Shown: positions 32,901 to 48,364 of the stretch, in pieces
Layout of the letters: the number at the start of each line of letters is the position of its first letter
How positions within the stretch are numbered: the first letter of the stretch is position 1
Origin: Blastocystis sp. Blastoise
Lineage: Eukaryota; Protista; Bigyra: Opalinata
Length of the DNA: 64,000 nt
NCBI GenBank assembly: GCA_039096225.1
Contig: JBBPEB010000011.1
Span: 434,001-498,000, forward strand
Direction: 5' to 3'
Program-made: the position numbers and the translations under genes
The notes under the pieces: generated by a model
What the model was told of the DNA's origin: nothing
Database searches by the model: none
The model's input: only the letters and a program-made list of their open reading frames with translations

Positions 32901-34612
32901 TCTTCTTCACAATATATAGTATTAAATATTGTAGAAAGAGAAGAAGAAGAAAATATTAATTTATTAAGACGATTGGTTGATATTGAGAATAATCAGAATC
33001 ATGATTATGTTGAACAATATAATCATATTTTAATGGAAGAACATAGTAGTATATGTAAAGGAACCTTATATTATAATAAGAAGAGAAATCAATGTGATAT
33101 TTGTATTAATGGAATACTTATACAAGATAAGAATGAATTTTCTAATATAGGTTGTAAGCAATGTTCTTTTGGTGAATATAGTGATGGTCAACAATGTATA
33201 AAGAAAAAGTATTGTAAACAGATGAAGGAATGGCCTAAAACATTAGTCAATACAATAGCTTATCTATCTTGTGGTAATAAAACTCATGAAGGATATAGAA
33301 CTAGAAAATGTTTAGAAGGAGGAATCTGGGATAATGTAGATGATAATCAATGCAGTATATATATTATATAATTATTGTTCTTTTTCTTTACTAACAAATT
33401 TGCTAAATGTATATATATATATATATTATATATAGTTCACATTAATAATCCAAAGGGTGGTGTTCATATTATTGAAACAATTCATTATAATTCTATTCCT
33501 TATTATGTATTATCAAGTTTTAATGTTGAAAATTATAAGAAAACAATCACAGAAATAGTATCAAAACATACATCTTCGATTCATATATATCCCTACATAA
33601 ATCAATACAATTCTGTATATATATGTTATAATTTTTTAATAAATACATAATATATTGATATATATAATACATAATATATATAATACATAATATATATAAT
33701 ACATAATATATATAATACATAATATATATAATACATAATATATATAATACATAATATATATAATACATAATATATATAATACATAATATATATATAAATA
33801 TATATATATAGTCATATCCATCATTTACTGTTCAAATATCTCTTTATACAAATATGAATAATAAAAATAGTGTGCTTCAATTATTGAATACTAAGGATAG
33901 TGTTATTCTAGAGTCTTTGAAAGAATCAAATAATAGAGTATTCAATCCATTTGTTACTAAAGATTATGAATATATAATAAATTCAGATTCTACTTCTTTA
34001 AAATGTATAAATCCAGAAACAAATGATTCTTTTGAATATGGAACTTATTCATCTTTATATAATACTAATAAATCTCTTTGTAATTCTTTATTAAATGAAA
34101 AAGTTCAATTTAAGAATTATTATTGTGATCAAAATGGACTTGTTATGGAAGCTACTGAATCAGATCCTATTTTATGCAAATCTCTTCCTCAATTATCATC
34201 ATCTTCTTATGGATACTATACTATTCATATTGAAAATATTCCATTTACTATAGAAAATACTTTAATCAAACAATTGATATATAATAAATCATCATCACTT
34301 CCTAATTCTTCACCACATATTATTTCTTCTAGTATAATGACACGTTACCAACTATTAGAAGATAATGACAGTAAATATATATTAGAAATAGATATTCAAT
34401 ATACCTCATCTTCTTTATCTGATAATATGAAATCATTTTTGAATTCTTTATTGACTTCTAAAGATTATATAATAAATTCCTTAGAAGATCTATTGAATAC
34501 TCAATCTATACAGATTTCTATTTTGAATCATACGATTCATATTGATAATAATCATGAACGAAATAATATAAATAAACCTGAAACTAAAACAAATCTTAGA
34601 CATAGTTCATAA
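26928..34612 (+). CDS. Giant secreted/surface protein with discoidin (F5/8-like), He_PIG Ig-like and HRM-like modules
   Basis: Signal peptide MKVLFILLYLTAAFA; 10 GT-AG introns. He_PIG motifs PPLPSSMHLDHYTGYLSG and SITPELPEGITLNINTGLISGIP; discoidin-like PTSWEIYG; Cys module C...WPKT...C...GYRTRKC...GIW...C. Confidence 0.8.
33661..33795. repeat. 16-bp minisatellite (ATAATATATATAATAC)n inside an intron
   Basis: About 8 perfect tandem copies are directly visible. Confidence 0.9.
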
Positions 34613-34992
34613 TATATATATATTTATATAAACTACTCAATTCTTTTATATATTCTTTTATTGTGTATTTCTATATTAATTGATAATAAATTATTAATAT
34701 ATAACTATTATTATAATTTGCTTATCATTTATATGTGTAACTTTAAAAAATCTTTTATATTGATTTAAACAACTTGTATATATATTGTTATTTAAAAAGA
34801 ATAATCATTATGTTGTTTATATACTTGTTTTGTTTAATATGATACCATAAAAAGAATTAAATTGCTTTATAATTGTTTTATATATATATATATAATTACA
34901 ATACAAATCAATTTATGCACAAAACTATATCTTCTCATACAATATAGATTATAAAATAAAATCTAAAATGGATTATAATATAGAACAATATA

Positions 34993-36909
34993 TTATATAG
35001 ATAATTGTTTATAAAAAGAGAATAAAGTGTTTCTTAGTTGATAATCATAATATATAGTATCCCATGAGAGACGCTGATTATTAATAGGATCTACAGTATT
35101 TTGTTGCATATAAAGAATAAGTTGATATTTATCAATAATAGTTTTAGAAGGTAATATCATAGGATTGACCATAGGAAGATGGGAATACATATCTAAATAA
35201 TTATTTGGTATATTAGTAATTAGGAATTTATCTTTATGAAATCGAATCCAGACACAAGATAATATAGATAAAAATAAATCATAATTATATAAATAGGAAG
35301 ACGATAGATAATATGTATAAAAATAATTATATAGAGTATAAAAGCAAGATATTTCAAAAGAAGATAAATTCGATATAAGAAGTAAGTATGGCATATATTG
35401 ATAATTGAAAGATAAGAAATTTTCTTTTTTAGTTGGAGATAAGTGAATAGTCATTGAAGATATATCTATATTAAATTGTATAGTTGAGTATTGATGAAGA
35501 TAACATTGGTAATCACTTGACGATAATAATGATAATGATTGTAATAATGGTATTGATATAGGGAAAAGAAGACATATACATTCGATATAATAATAGAGTA
35601 AAAATGCTTGATTAAATTGTAGCTGTGTATATAGATATTGAACAATAAATGGAGTCATAGAAATTGAATAAATATCAATAATTAGTGGAAGAAGATTCAA
35701 GCAAAACTATATATATATTTATTATTTTTTTTTTGTAAAATATTAATTATATACTTTAATGTATTCACTTTGTATGTTTTCTTTCAAGATCATCATTTTT
35801 AAGGAAGAAGAAAGTAAAATTGTTTTTATAAAGAGAAATCCATTTGAAATATCAGTTATAGTATTTTTGATGTCCGAAAGTTTTGAGTGAAATAACTAGA
35901 ATAATGGATAGATAATAAATAAATGAAATAATTATAATAATAATAAAATAATGATTCATAATATAATATGTTTACTGGAGTTCCTTTTTCAATCGTAAAA
36001 TGTTTACATATATACGATATTTGCTGTTTATATATAATAACAAGAGAATATATATAGTTATATATATGTAAAACTGATTGTAAATAATTCTGATTTTTTG
36101 AAGAATAAAAATTACATAAAGATATTTGCTCCATCTATAGATATATATAATTTATTAGAATGTATAAAGGAGTAGAAAATAATAATGCATATAAAGTATA
36201 TTATAATATAAGCATATATATATGTATATATACATACTGTATTTAAAGAATAGAAATAATTGAGAATAACAAAAACATTATTATAAACAGTAATAGTGTT
36301 TGAATCTGAATTAGGTGTTTCTTTATAGATATATAAATATCCATTTAAAATATAGAGAAATATGTTTTTAAATCCTTGTAATTCAAATAATGTATTTATA
36401 AAAGAAGAAAAAGAAGGGTTTTGTTGATGTTTAATGATAAATAATAAGAATAATAAAATTGTATTATATGCTATTGTATATAGAGAGAATGATAAGGATT
36501 GAGGAGATTGTAAGAATATAAATAATAAATAAAAAGTGGAATCATAAGATTTCCCTAATAGACATGATAAAAAAGAAGAAAGAGAATGAGTCTCAAAGGA
36601 TAACGAAAGAGAAGTCAATATTGATTTATATATTGATATAGGAATAGAGGATACATATAAAGGAGAGGAGATATTTCTAATGTTTAAATAATATAAAGTA
36701 TTCAAGGATTTAAATATAGTTTCTTTATGACAGTATAAAGAAATATCAGATTTATTATTGATTAAATTATTGTCTTTAATAGTATTCGATGTATTATTAT
36801 TTTCATTTTTTATTTTTTTCCTTATACATTCATTAGGTGAATTGGTTAAAGAAGTATCAGTATTGTTAGAAGGTGAATTATGATTATTATGATTATTATG
36901 ATTATTATA

Positions 36910-36953
<44 letters not shown>

Positions 36954-36954
36954 G

Positions 36955-37049
<95 letters not shown>

Positions 37050-40000
37050 GTAAAAAATTATATAAATATGAATAAAGATGATCTGATGAAAATAAAAGAG
37101 GATATTTTAAGAATGTCGATAATTTTGATATATGAATAACACTATATTCGTGTTGATTATTCATATTAATATAGAATATATTTCTCAGCATTGAATATAT
37201 ATCAACAAAAACATTATAAACAGATCTACTCTTTAAATATAATTGTAACGAGCAACTTTGTGTATGTTGCGACAATGAATAATGATTCTTTTGAACAATT
37301 AAATCTTGTTTATCTATAAATACTGTTTCATCAATATATATATCATATAATAACAAGATATAGGAAGCAATAGTATCCATATATTTTGAAATAGAAAGAA
37401 ATATATTATTTATAGACATATTTGTATATAATAAGGACATAAATGACGTTATACTTGTATTATTTTCATTTAAAGAATTACTTAAACTCTCATATATAGG
37501 AATATAAGAATGAGTATAATAATCTAAGAATAAAAATTGAAATGGAATAGTTTCTTCTTGTATATTCTGTATTGAAAAGAATCCCCGTGGAAATAAATTA
37601 TTTTTTTCTGAATAATATTGTAATGGATGTAAAAAAGAAGGATTCTGATTATTTGTTTGACATTGAGACTGAGTACATAACAATAAGTTCTTTAATATAG
37701 TAATCGTATCATATTTTTTAGAGGTAAATATATATGATGAACTATTTGAATTTTTGTTGTTGTTTTTACCATAATAAAATAAATTAATGTTTTTGTTAGT
37801 ATCTGGATTTGTACACAAATGATCTATATAGATATCCACTTCTATAAAGAAATGTTTTGGATTATGATAACAATATCCTTGTCTATATTTCATTTCTTTA
37901 TTATAACAGAATTCACAGAGAATTAAAGAGCAACATAAACAGGAATAGAATATAGTAGAAATAGGATATTGTTGGCAATAAGAACAATGAATATAATACT
38001 GAATAGAAGGTTCTATTGGCTTATATATAGGAGAATGTGAATATTTAGAAGTAGCTGAATATAAATGAATAGAATTAGATATAGAAGAAAAAGAAGAAGA
38101 TGACAATTTATCTTTATAGACAATATTAAATGATTTATATTTATTGATATTTATATTTTTGTATAGATTTTCTTTTGTTAACGAGAAAGAATGTGATAAT
38201 AGTATATTATCATTTTCATTATATATAGGCTTATATATATTCATATTAATTTCTGGAGGAAGAGAAATAGGTATATTAAAGTTATAACATATATAGGGGT
38301 TTGTAATATGTATAAAAAGATGTAAATAAGGATTATGTATATTTGATTTAGTATTGTAATATTCATTATTATTTTGATATTCATTATTATATTGAAATTC
38401 ATTATTATTTTGATATTCATTATTATATTGAAATTCATTATTATTTTGATATTTCTTATTATTATTTTGATATTTATTATTATTATTATAATATTCATTA
38501 TTATTATTATTATATTCATTACAATTTAAAGAATAAAAGTCATAATCTAGTTTTTCTATAGAATGATGTTTATATATATAAAGTCGTTTTTGTTTTTCTT
38601 TAGTATAACATGATGGACATAAATAGTCTTGATGACAATATATACATCTATAATAATCACTAAATAATGGTTTCTTACATATAGAGCAAAGAAGAGGTGT
38701 TGTGAATGAAAATGAATTAGTTCCTGATTGTAATAAGAAAGATAACCACGGGAATGATGCCCAAGAAATAGATTGATTGTATGTAAAGTGATAAGAATTC
38801 AAAGGATTATAAGTTTTCTTAATTGTATTTAGATTACATGAATATATAGAAGAAAAGAGTGTATTATATAGAGCTTTAGTGACAGTTCTTTGTAGAATAG
38901 AGAGCCATTGATAATTATATGTTGTTTTACAAAAAGAGAAAGAAGAAGAAGAAAAATTAGAATTATAAAGATTATTTGACGAAAATGGAGAAATAAAGGA
39001 AATATTATGATGATTCGAGATATGATTAGATGAAGAATACAATGAGCAATTCCCTTCAAATAAATAATTAAAGAATAACTCAGAGTCTTTCAGCAGATTT
39101 TTAGAAGATTGTTTTTTTTGAAGTATAATAAAAAGAATTATAGTAATATTAATAAGAATTGTATAAGACTCAATAGTATTTTGATGTTGCTTTAAAGATG
39201 TTTCTAATGTTGTACAAAGCCAACAATATAATATATGACCGTATATAGAATTAAATGATATGATTTGTTCAAATATTGTAGAATAAGAATTTAAAATTGA
39301 TTTTAATTGATTCATAAGAAAAGAAGAAGAATTTTGTGTAGATAATGTATTAGAAGAAGATGAAGAAGAAATAGAAGAAGATGATGATGAAAAAGAAGAT
39401 GAAGAAGAAATAGAAGAAGATGATGATGAAAAAGAAGATGAAGAAAAAGATAATATATTAGAAGAAGAAGATAAATTTTGTTTATTAATACTGTATGTTG
39501 AATAAGAGTTATTATATATATGATTTGATTCTTTAGAAGAAATCATTACATTTGAATTATAAGAATTATTTATATACGATTGAATACATATATTAAATAG
39601 ATTTGAATAAGAAAATAAATTTGATTGTTTGATAGATGATGATGAAGTATAAAAGAATTCAGGAATATAAGGATAAAATTCAAACAAAGAATAAAATAAA
39701 AAAGGAGTTGTCTTACATAATGAAGAAAGAAGAAAAGGAATACGAGAAATAGAGATAGATCTTTGCTGCCAATAATTAATACTTTGTTGAAATTCTGTTA
39801 TGATCGTTTGAAATAATTCTTTTCGAAATAAATAAGGAATACGAGAAACACTTTCAAGTGAATCAACATGAAACAATGAATTTATAAATAGTTCTTCTAG
39901 TAGAGAGTTAACAAATGTACCTGAATCACAGTATTTAAGTAATTCTACAACAAAAGAATGAGCTGAAAATTGTAATGAGGAATTAGTTGGATATTCTCGA

Positions 40001-40326
40001 TGAATCCTCATTGGCTGATAGCATAAGAAAAACATAATGATTCTGTATTCCTCTATACGATACTGCTTCGAATCTGAATCCAATTCTTCGGCAAGTATTA
40101 GATAAAATGATTGCAACACCTTGCTATATATGTAAGATAGTTATTTTAAGAATATATATAAGTTAATTTACGACCATATTCTACATGGATGAAAAGAATT
40201 AATGTCATTTATATTTTCAATTTGGATTGAATGATATAAATCGTATATATTAAGGAAAATATCATATGTAAATTATAGTGTATATATATATAAGGATATT
40301 TGTAATTCATGATCACTTAAATCCAT
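34993..40326 (-). CDS. Large protein with two ZZ-type zinc fingers and a C-terminal UFD2-like U-box (putative ubiquitin ligase)
   Basis: ZZ motifs CSICKKPLFSDYYRCIYCHQDYLCPSCY and CSYCQQYPI...YSCLCC...LCEFCY...H..H. U-box IPNNYLDMYSHLPMVNPMILPS...IDK...DPINNQRL...LR. ATG at 40326; 5 introns, the first AT-AC. Confidence 0.75.
40243..40299 (-). other. U12-type (minor) AT-AC intron
   Basis: 5' end ATATCCTT, branch TTTTCCTTAAT, 3' end ATATAC. It contains an in-frame TAA, and its removal joins MDLSDHELQ to DLYHSIQ in frame. Confidence 0.9.
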
Positions 40327-40921
40327 TGAAATAATTGTTGATCAAAAAAAATATTTTTATTTTGAATTTAAATTCGTTAAAAATTCTTTTTATAAACAAG
40401 AATAATTATTATTAAATTTTAGTTTACAATAGACATTGTCTTACCTTTTATTATGAAACTCTTTTATGAATTTCAAACTATGATTAAAACAGATTATCAA
40501 TTATAAAAAAGTGTTTTATTATGAATTGTGATTTAATCAATAAGCAGGTCATTTATCTCTTCGATTTAGACATGATTCAAGTCAACTATATGCGCTTTCA
40601 AGTAGCATTGAAAGTAAAATGTGTGAAATAACTGAAAAATAAAGCGAAAAGAATCAACAAATGGATGTTACGACATTTATATATAAATAAACCCAGAAAA
40701 TACATATATTTAATAAAAAAAAGCCTTAAAAAGAAAAAAAAAACACTTGAACGAAAAAATAATGAGGAAGACAATAATTAAAAAAAAATAAAACCATGAT
40801 AAAGAAGGTAAAGACTATATATAATTGATTTAAAATAAAAAAATGGACATTACAGATTTTTGAGACTATACGAAACCCTTGAATATTTATGAATTTCATT
40901 AAAAAAAATAAAAGAAATTGA

Positions 40922-41451
40922 TTAATTAGTAGTAGTAGTAGTAGTAGTATCATTTTGATTATTTATAGAAGAAGAGAGAACAGTATTATTCTCTGTAGAT
41001 ATAGAATAAGAAGAAATAGAAGCAAAAGGATCACGTGACACAATTCCAGGAGTTGTATTTTCACGTGATCGTTCTAATTGATCTTCATCCGTCATTTCTT
41101 CATTAATAATATTAATATCTTTAATATCATCATGTGATTCGACTTCATTATCATTAGGAATAGAAATAAAATCATTAAGAGGTAAATTAGGATCAGAAAT
41201 AGCATGATTAATCATATTAATAGGAATAGATTCATTAAGATTTAATGAAATTGATTCTGAATTTATAGTGTTTATATTTATAGGATCGTTATTATGATCT
41301 GTACTTGGAGTAATGGGTGTAGTAGGAGTTGTTGTTAACGGATTAGAAGAGGGAGTAGATTCATTTAATGGTATCGAAGGAATAGATATTGATTCACTAT
41401 TATTATTATTATTATCTGAGATATTATTATTATTATTATTATTATCTGAGA

Positions 41452-41490
<39 letters not shown>

Positions 41491-41496
41491 CTGAGA

Positions 41497-41571
<75 letters not shown>

Positions 41572-42644
41572 CTGAGATATTATTATTATTATTTAGAGAA
41601 ATAGTAGAATCACTAATTGAATGATTATCTGTATGCTTAGAAGAGATTCCTTGTATTTCATTATTATTATTATTCTGATTATTACTTATACTAGATGATA
41701 CTATAGTGTGTTTAGGTATATTACAATCAACTTTCACTTTATTATTATTATTATTATTACGATTATTAATTGTTCGTTTAGATAATTTCTTAAATGTTTT
41801 ACTGGAATCATGATTAAAGAAAGAAATCGAATGATCTAAATTATTATAATAAATATAATTATGATAAGGATTAATAAGTGTATTTGTTTCTAATTCTTCA
41901 AATCTCTTTTGTTCTTTTGCTTCAATTTGTTTTCTTAATGTATTATAATCAATTGAATTTGACTTTTCAGAAATCTTTGATTTTTGATCATCTATATTCA
42001 CATTAATATCATTTGCATCATTTATATTATTACTATTTTGATTATTATTGTTATTAACAGTACCTTTTTGTTTATTAGTATGTTTATTTCCATTAGATTG
42101 TTTAGAGAATAAAGATTGACTTATAATAGAAGAAGAAGGAGCCATAGAAGCTTCAGTAGTTGACATTAACGTACTATCTTTAGTCATTGTTAGCATAGAA
42201 CCAATAGGATTATTATTATTATTATTATTATTATTTGAATTATTATTATTATTATTATCTGTAATATTAATAGAAGAAGTACTATTCAACAGAGTATTAT
42301 TAGCAAAGTCTTTTGCAGATTGAACTGCTTTTGCTATTTTTATAGTCTTCTGATTCGATACTAGTTTTTTATTATTATTTATATTCTTATTATTTGAATT
42401 ATTTTTTATAGAATTCTTATTATTATTCTTATTCTTATTATTATTCTTATTTAAATTCGATTTATTAAAGAAATTAGGATCAGTAACAACAGAAGAATTC
42501 GATCGTATATTCGTCCATTTCTCCTTTTTATGTAAAATAGTATTATGTTCTAAGGTATTACTAGTAATAGATTCAGTAATATGATGAGGATGAATAGAAG
42601 GATTTATAAGATCCACTATATAGAATTATTTATTATGTTTATTA

Positions 42645-42691
<47 letters not shown>

Positions 42692-42955
42692 ATTATCAAC
42701 TCCAGGAATAGGATACTTTTCAGAATGGAAATATACATTTTCACTATAGTAAGGATTGAATCCTGTTAAAAATGGAATTGAACTCTTTAAGATTTCCTGA
42801 AAATAATAAATAAAATAAATAGAATAATAATAGTTATATATATATATATATATATATAATACTTGTAAAACTCTAAGATAACCATAAGAAATATTAATTG
42901 TTTCTTTTTTAGTAGAAGAACATATGGAAAGAGTATACACTATATGAAAATATAG

Positions 42956-42999
<44 letters not shown>

Positions 43000-43003
43000 G
43001 ATG

Positions 43004-43035
<32 letters not shown>

Positions 43036-43744
43036 AATAATACTATATTATACCTGGATCTTTATATTCTTTAGAATAATATCCTCTGAACATCAAGGAT
43101 TCTCTTCGTTTTGTATCTTTACAATAATTTCGAATTATAACTCCCATCTATATATATATATATTAATAATATATATATACAGGTGATTTTGTTTCAATGG
43201 ATAATAATAAAAATCCAATTTGTTCAATAGATAAAACAGCTCTCTATATAATATATATATATAAATATATATATATCTATAAATATAAATAAATAAAATG
43301 TATAAAAATAAAATTATACAAGTGTTTCTTCTTGTATCTTTGATGTTTCATTTTCTCGAGTAAAAGAAAAATATAAACCACCCTAAAAAAAATAATAATA
43401 AATAATAAATAATAAAAATAATAAAAAAAAAAATACATCTCTTCTCTTTGAATAATAACTTTTGTTATTTATCGTTGGATTATTATATAAAGAGAAAACA
43501 GGGAACAAATGCTTAACCTATATAGAATAGAAATTAATAAGAAATACGGTTTAAATCAACATACGCAAAGAGTATTGTTTGTATACTGATCATACATTCT
43601 AAAATGTGAGACGAACTGTGGTTTAGATGCTCCACTTGAAGGTACATAGGCTATACAACAATACAAATAATGAAGTTTAAATAAAATACTTATAAAACGA
43701 CACATCGGTTTTGACTTAGTAAGGATTTGGACAGAACGAAGCAT
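40922..43744 (-). CDS. Whirly-like ssDNA/RNA-binding protein with putative mitochondrial presequence and long Asn-rich tail
   Basis: Splicing 8 introns gives FRMY...LCVKHLFPVF...KRRDGGLYFSF...VLSIEQIGFLL...YTLSI...YLRVLQEILKSSIPFLTGF, which follows the Whirly motif order. The N-terminus MLRSVQILTKSK is basic and lacks acidic residues. Confidence 0.6.
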
Positions 43745-44286
43745 TTTTACCAAAGTTCTCTATATCTATAATCAAACAAATATAAGAAAATACCACTTAA
43801 AATATAAAGAATCGATAAAATAATGAAAAGAAAGGAAACACTGATTTCACAAAATGAGAAATTGGGGAAAATTATTATTTCCTAGGGAATATTTTAAAAT
43901 AATTATGATTCCTCATTTCATTTTTTTATTATATTATATCAGTTGTTTTTATTGATAGAATATAATTATTTTATGGTTAGAATTTATAGATATGATGAAT
44001 AGATTATATTTTTTGTTCTTTTTTGTAAAAAAAGATTATAAATTTGATTTGATGTGATACTATAGTAAGTAATATCTCTTCTTGAGCTTCGTTTTAGTTG
44101 TAGAATTGTTTAGAAAATATAATAAAAAAAAGAAATATATTAAAACTATCGGTGAATTATAACGTGATTTCATCTATTGTCAAAATAACAACGTTTTATT
44201 ATTGAAATAACAAACTATTAATAGTATAATACTTTTGAGAAGCAAAAATAAACAAGAAAAGCAATTTAATTCTATTAAGAATAAAG

Positions 44287-45670
<1,384 letters not shown>

Positions 45671-46465
45671 TTAATTTATTGATTTCATTCAAAAATTGAA
45701 AACAGAATATTTGAAGAAACACGATATATAATTGGTAATGTTGTTTAACCTCCATAACTCAATAATAATTGCTAATTACGTTTCGTGTAGTTTTATATAT
45801 TCGATTATTCTATATAATAATGATAAGTATCTATATTCTTACAAACACGCAATGCAACTACTTTTCGCTTTGTTTCAATTTTCAAAACAATTTAATAAAC
45901 GTGATTTCTGTATATTTGTTATATATATACCAGCATCAATAAAAAAGATACTTGAAATAATAAATATTCTTGAACATTTTTGAAAAATAACAAAATATTC
46001 TTAATTCTGAATACAAAAGTCTCAATATTGATTTGTAACTATTTCTTAAGCATTTTCAAAGTATTTTAATATAAATAGAAATGAAAACTAGGCATAAAAG
46101 AATCATTTACATACTTAGTATATACATTATGTCCATTTTCTGACATTTATACTAATTCTCTTATCATATAATAAACATTTAATACATAATTACCAGATGA
46201 ATGAAAAATGAATCACGTTATCATGAATAAATTCATGATATTATTATTCTAAATTTGCTTGAACAGGATTTCAATATGATGAAATATATAGTTCTTGCTA
46301 GATATTGAGAATCAAGTTAGTAATCCATGATAAAAATCAGATTTAAAATAAAAACGCCAAAACCGTGAAAATTATTGATTAGCAAACCCATTATTCAAAC
46401 ATTTCCATAACCATAATACATTTTTGTTTCTTTTGATAATTGAGTCATTATAAAGTTAATTAAAT

Positions 46466-46868
46466 ATGTCTATGATATTTAGAAGTGTTTTAAAGCTTCA
46501 ACTAGGTATTTTATCAAAAATTATTCAATATTCATAGAATTATTTTAGTAGGAAAGCGTTTCATTACTGAAGCTTCTGTAAATGCTGCTAAGCCTACAAC
46601 ATCTAAAGTTGAGGCTGCTGCTACTAAAACAGTTGATGCTTCAAAAACAGTTATTCAAGAAGTTACAAAAATAAAAGAAAAGGTTTCCTATGGTAAACTC
46701 TTCAAATCATTCTTATTTGGTTCTTCACTTGCTATTTTAGCTTGTGGTATGTATGGAATAAGTCAAATGAATACTTCTACAAAGACTCTTGTTGAATCTT
46801 GCGATAAATTGAAAACTGACTATGTGACAAAGATGCAACAAATGAAACAACGATTAGCAAACTTATAA
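46466..46868 (+). CDS. Small single-pass membrane protein with putative mitochondrial presequence and C-terminal coiled coil (absent from the ORF track)
   Basis: MSMIFRSVLKLQL, intron 46506-46548, then VGKRFITEASV...SFLFGSSLAILACGMYGI...MQQMKQRLANL-TAA. Confidence 0.8.
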
Positions 46869-47084
46869 ACTTATTTATCTCATCTTCAGCTATTATTAAT
46901 TATATGAAATCATTTTTATATATGACTTTTGTTCATTATTATATGAAAGGAATATCTATAATGATGAATATTTATATATATATATATATTATTTAGATTT
47001 TTCATTAGTTGTTTTGTTTTAAATACATAAGATAAAACAAGATTCATGATAAAGAAAACAATATATAAATTAATGTAAACTAAT

Positions 47085-48187
47085 TCATATATGCAATGAA
47101 GCTAATTCTATATTATTTGCATATTGATTTGTTAATAAAGTAGCAGTTGATTCTTCTTCATTTTTAGGACTTTTCACTTTTATCTAGAGGTAAAAAGAAT
47201 AATTTATATATAAAGAAATATAAAATTTATATATAAAAAAATATAAAATTTATATATAAAGAAATATAAAATTTATATATAAAAAAATATAAAATTTCTA
47301 TATAAAAAAATATAAAATTTATATACTAAGAAATATAAAATTTATATATAAAGAAATATAAAATATATATCTAAAGAAATATAAAATTTATATATAAAGA
47401 AATAAAAAACTTATATATAAAGAAATATAATATATATATATATATAAAATAAAAATTTATATATAAAGAAATAAAAAATTTATATATAAAAAATATAAAA
47501 TATATATAAAAAATAAAAAATTTATATATAAAGAAATATAATATTTAAAAAACTATTAATAAACTATACTTGGCGTATTCTACAATCTGTTCCATTTTCA
47601 AAACGTTCTATTATATGTATTTCAAGATAGAATGCTTTTGGATACTTATTATCATGAATTAAAGGTAGCTAAAATTATTTAAATATAAAAAAAAATGCAA
47701 TAATCATAATAAAATAGAAACATATTTAAAATAATAACTTTATAAATAATATATATATATAAATACAGAAACCCATCCATCAAAGGAATCAATTACATAT
47801 TCTTCATATTCTTTAATAGTATCTAATACATCTCCAAGATAGATAGATACTTTTGATGGTGTATAACTTTCATCATTTGTTATGTTGATTAATAGTTGAA
47901 TTTCACTTATACAAACACGATTATAGAACTATATTAAATAAATTATATATTAAAAATGTATAATCATATAAAATAATATAGAAAATACTTGACAACGAAT
48001 GAAATGGTTCTCATCTCCTGAAGACTGCCAGAATGTTTCATCCTAAATTATCATATATTATAATGTATAAAATATATAATCTAAAGGATATAATAATAAT
48101 GCATACATCGTCATCAAATAAATTTCTAATTCCACAATCTTGCTTACATGTTGATACAGACCAAAATCCATTGTCTGTTATATCCAT
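47085..48187 (-). CDS. APC10: Anaphase-promoting complex subunit 10 (DOC domain; absent from the ORF track)
   Basis: 4 GT-AG introns. WSVSTCKQDCGIRNLFDDDDETFWQS...H, DESYTPSKVSI, GWV and NGTDCRIRQIKV match APC10 signatures. Confidence 0.9.
47203..47541. repeat. Degenerate ~22-23 bp minisatellite (TTTATATATAAAGAAATATAAAA-like) in the last APC10 intron
   Basis: Imperfect tandem copies are directly visible. Confidence 0.85.
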
Positions 48188-48364
48188 CACTTTTTATTTA
48201 AATGATTCAATAAAGCAAAAGTTGAAGATTGTTGGTAATAAACATCGATAAAAATATTTTTTTGCTGTTTTTTATTTTTATCTGCCATTAAATTTATTTT
48301 TAACATCGTTTTACAAAAGGAATATATTTATTCATTTTTATAATAATTTGATATATATATTGAA

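Noticed and set aside
33661-33795. CRISPR-like appearance of periodic repeats (also 47203-47541)
   Set aside because: There are no unique spacers or cas genes; these are eukaryotic intronic minisatellites.
48033-48251. 72-aa ORF on the + strand
   Set aside because: It is antisense to APC10 exon 1 and intron 1.
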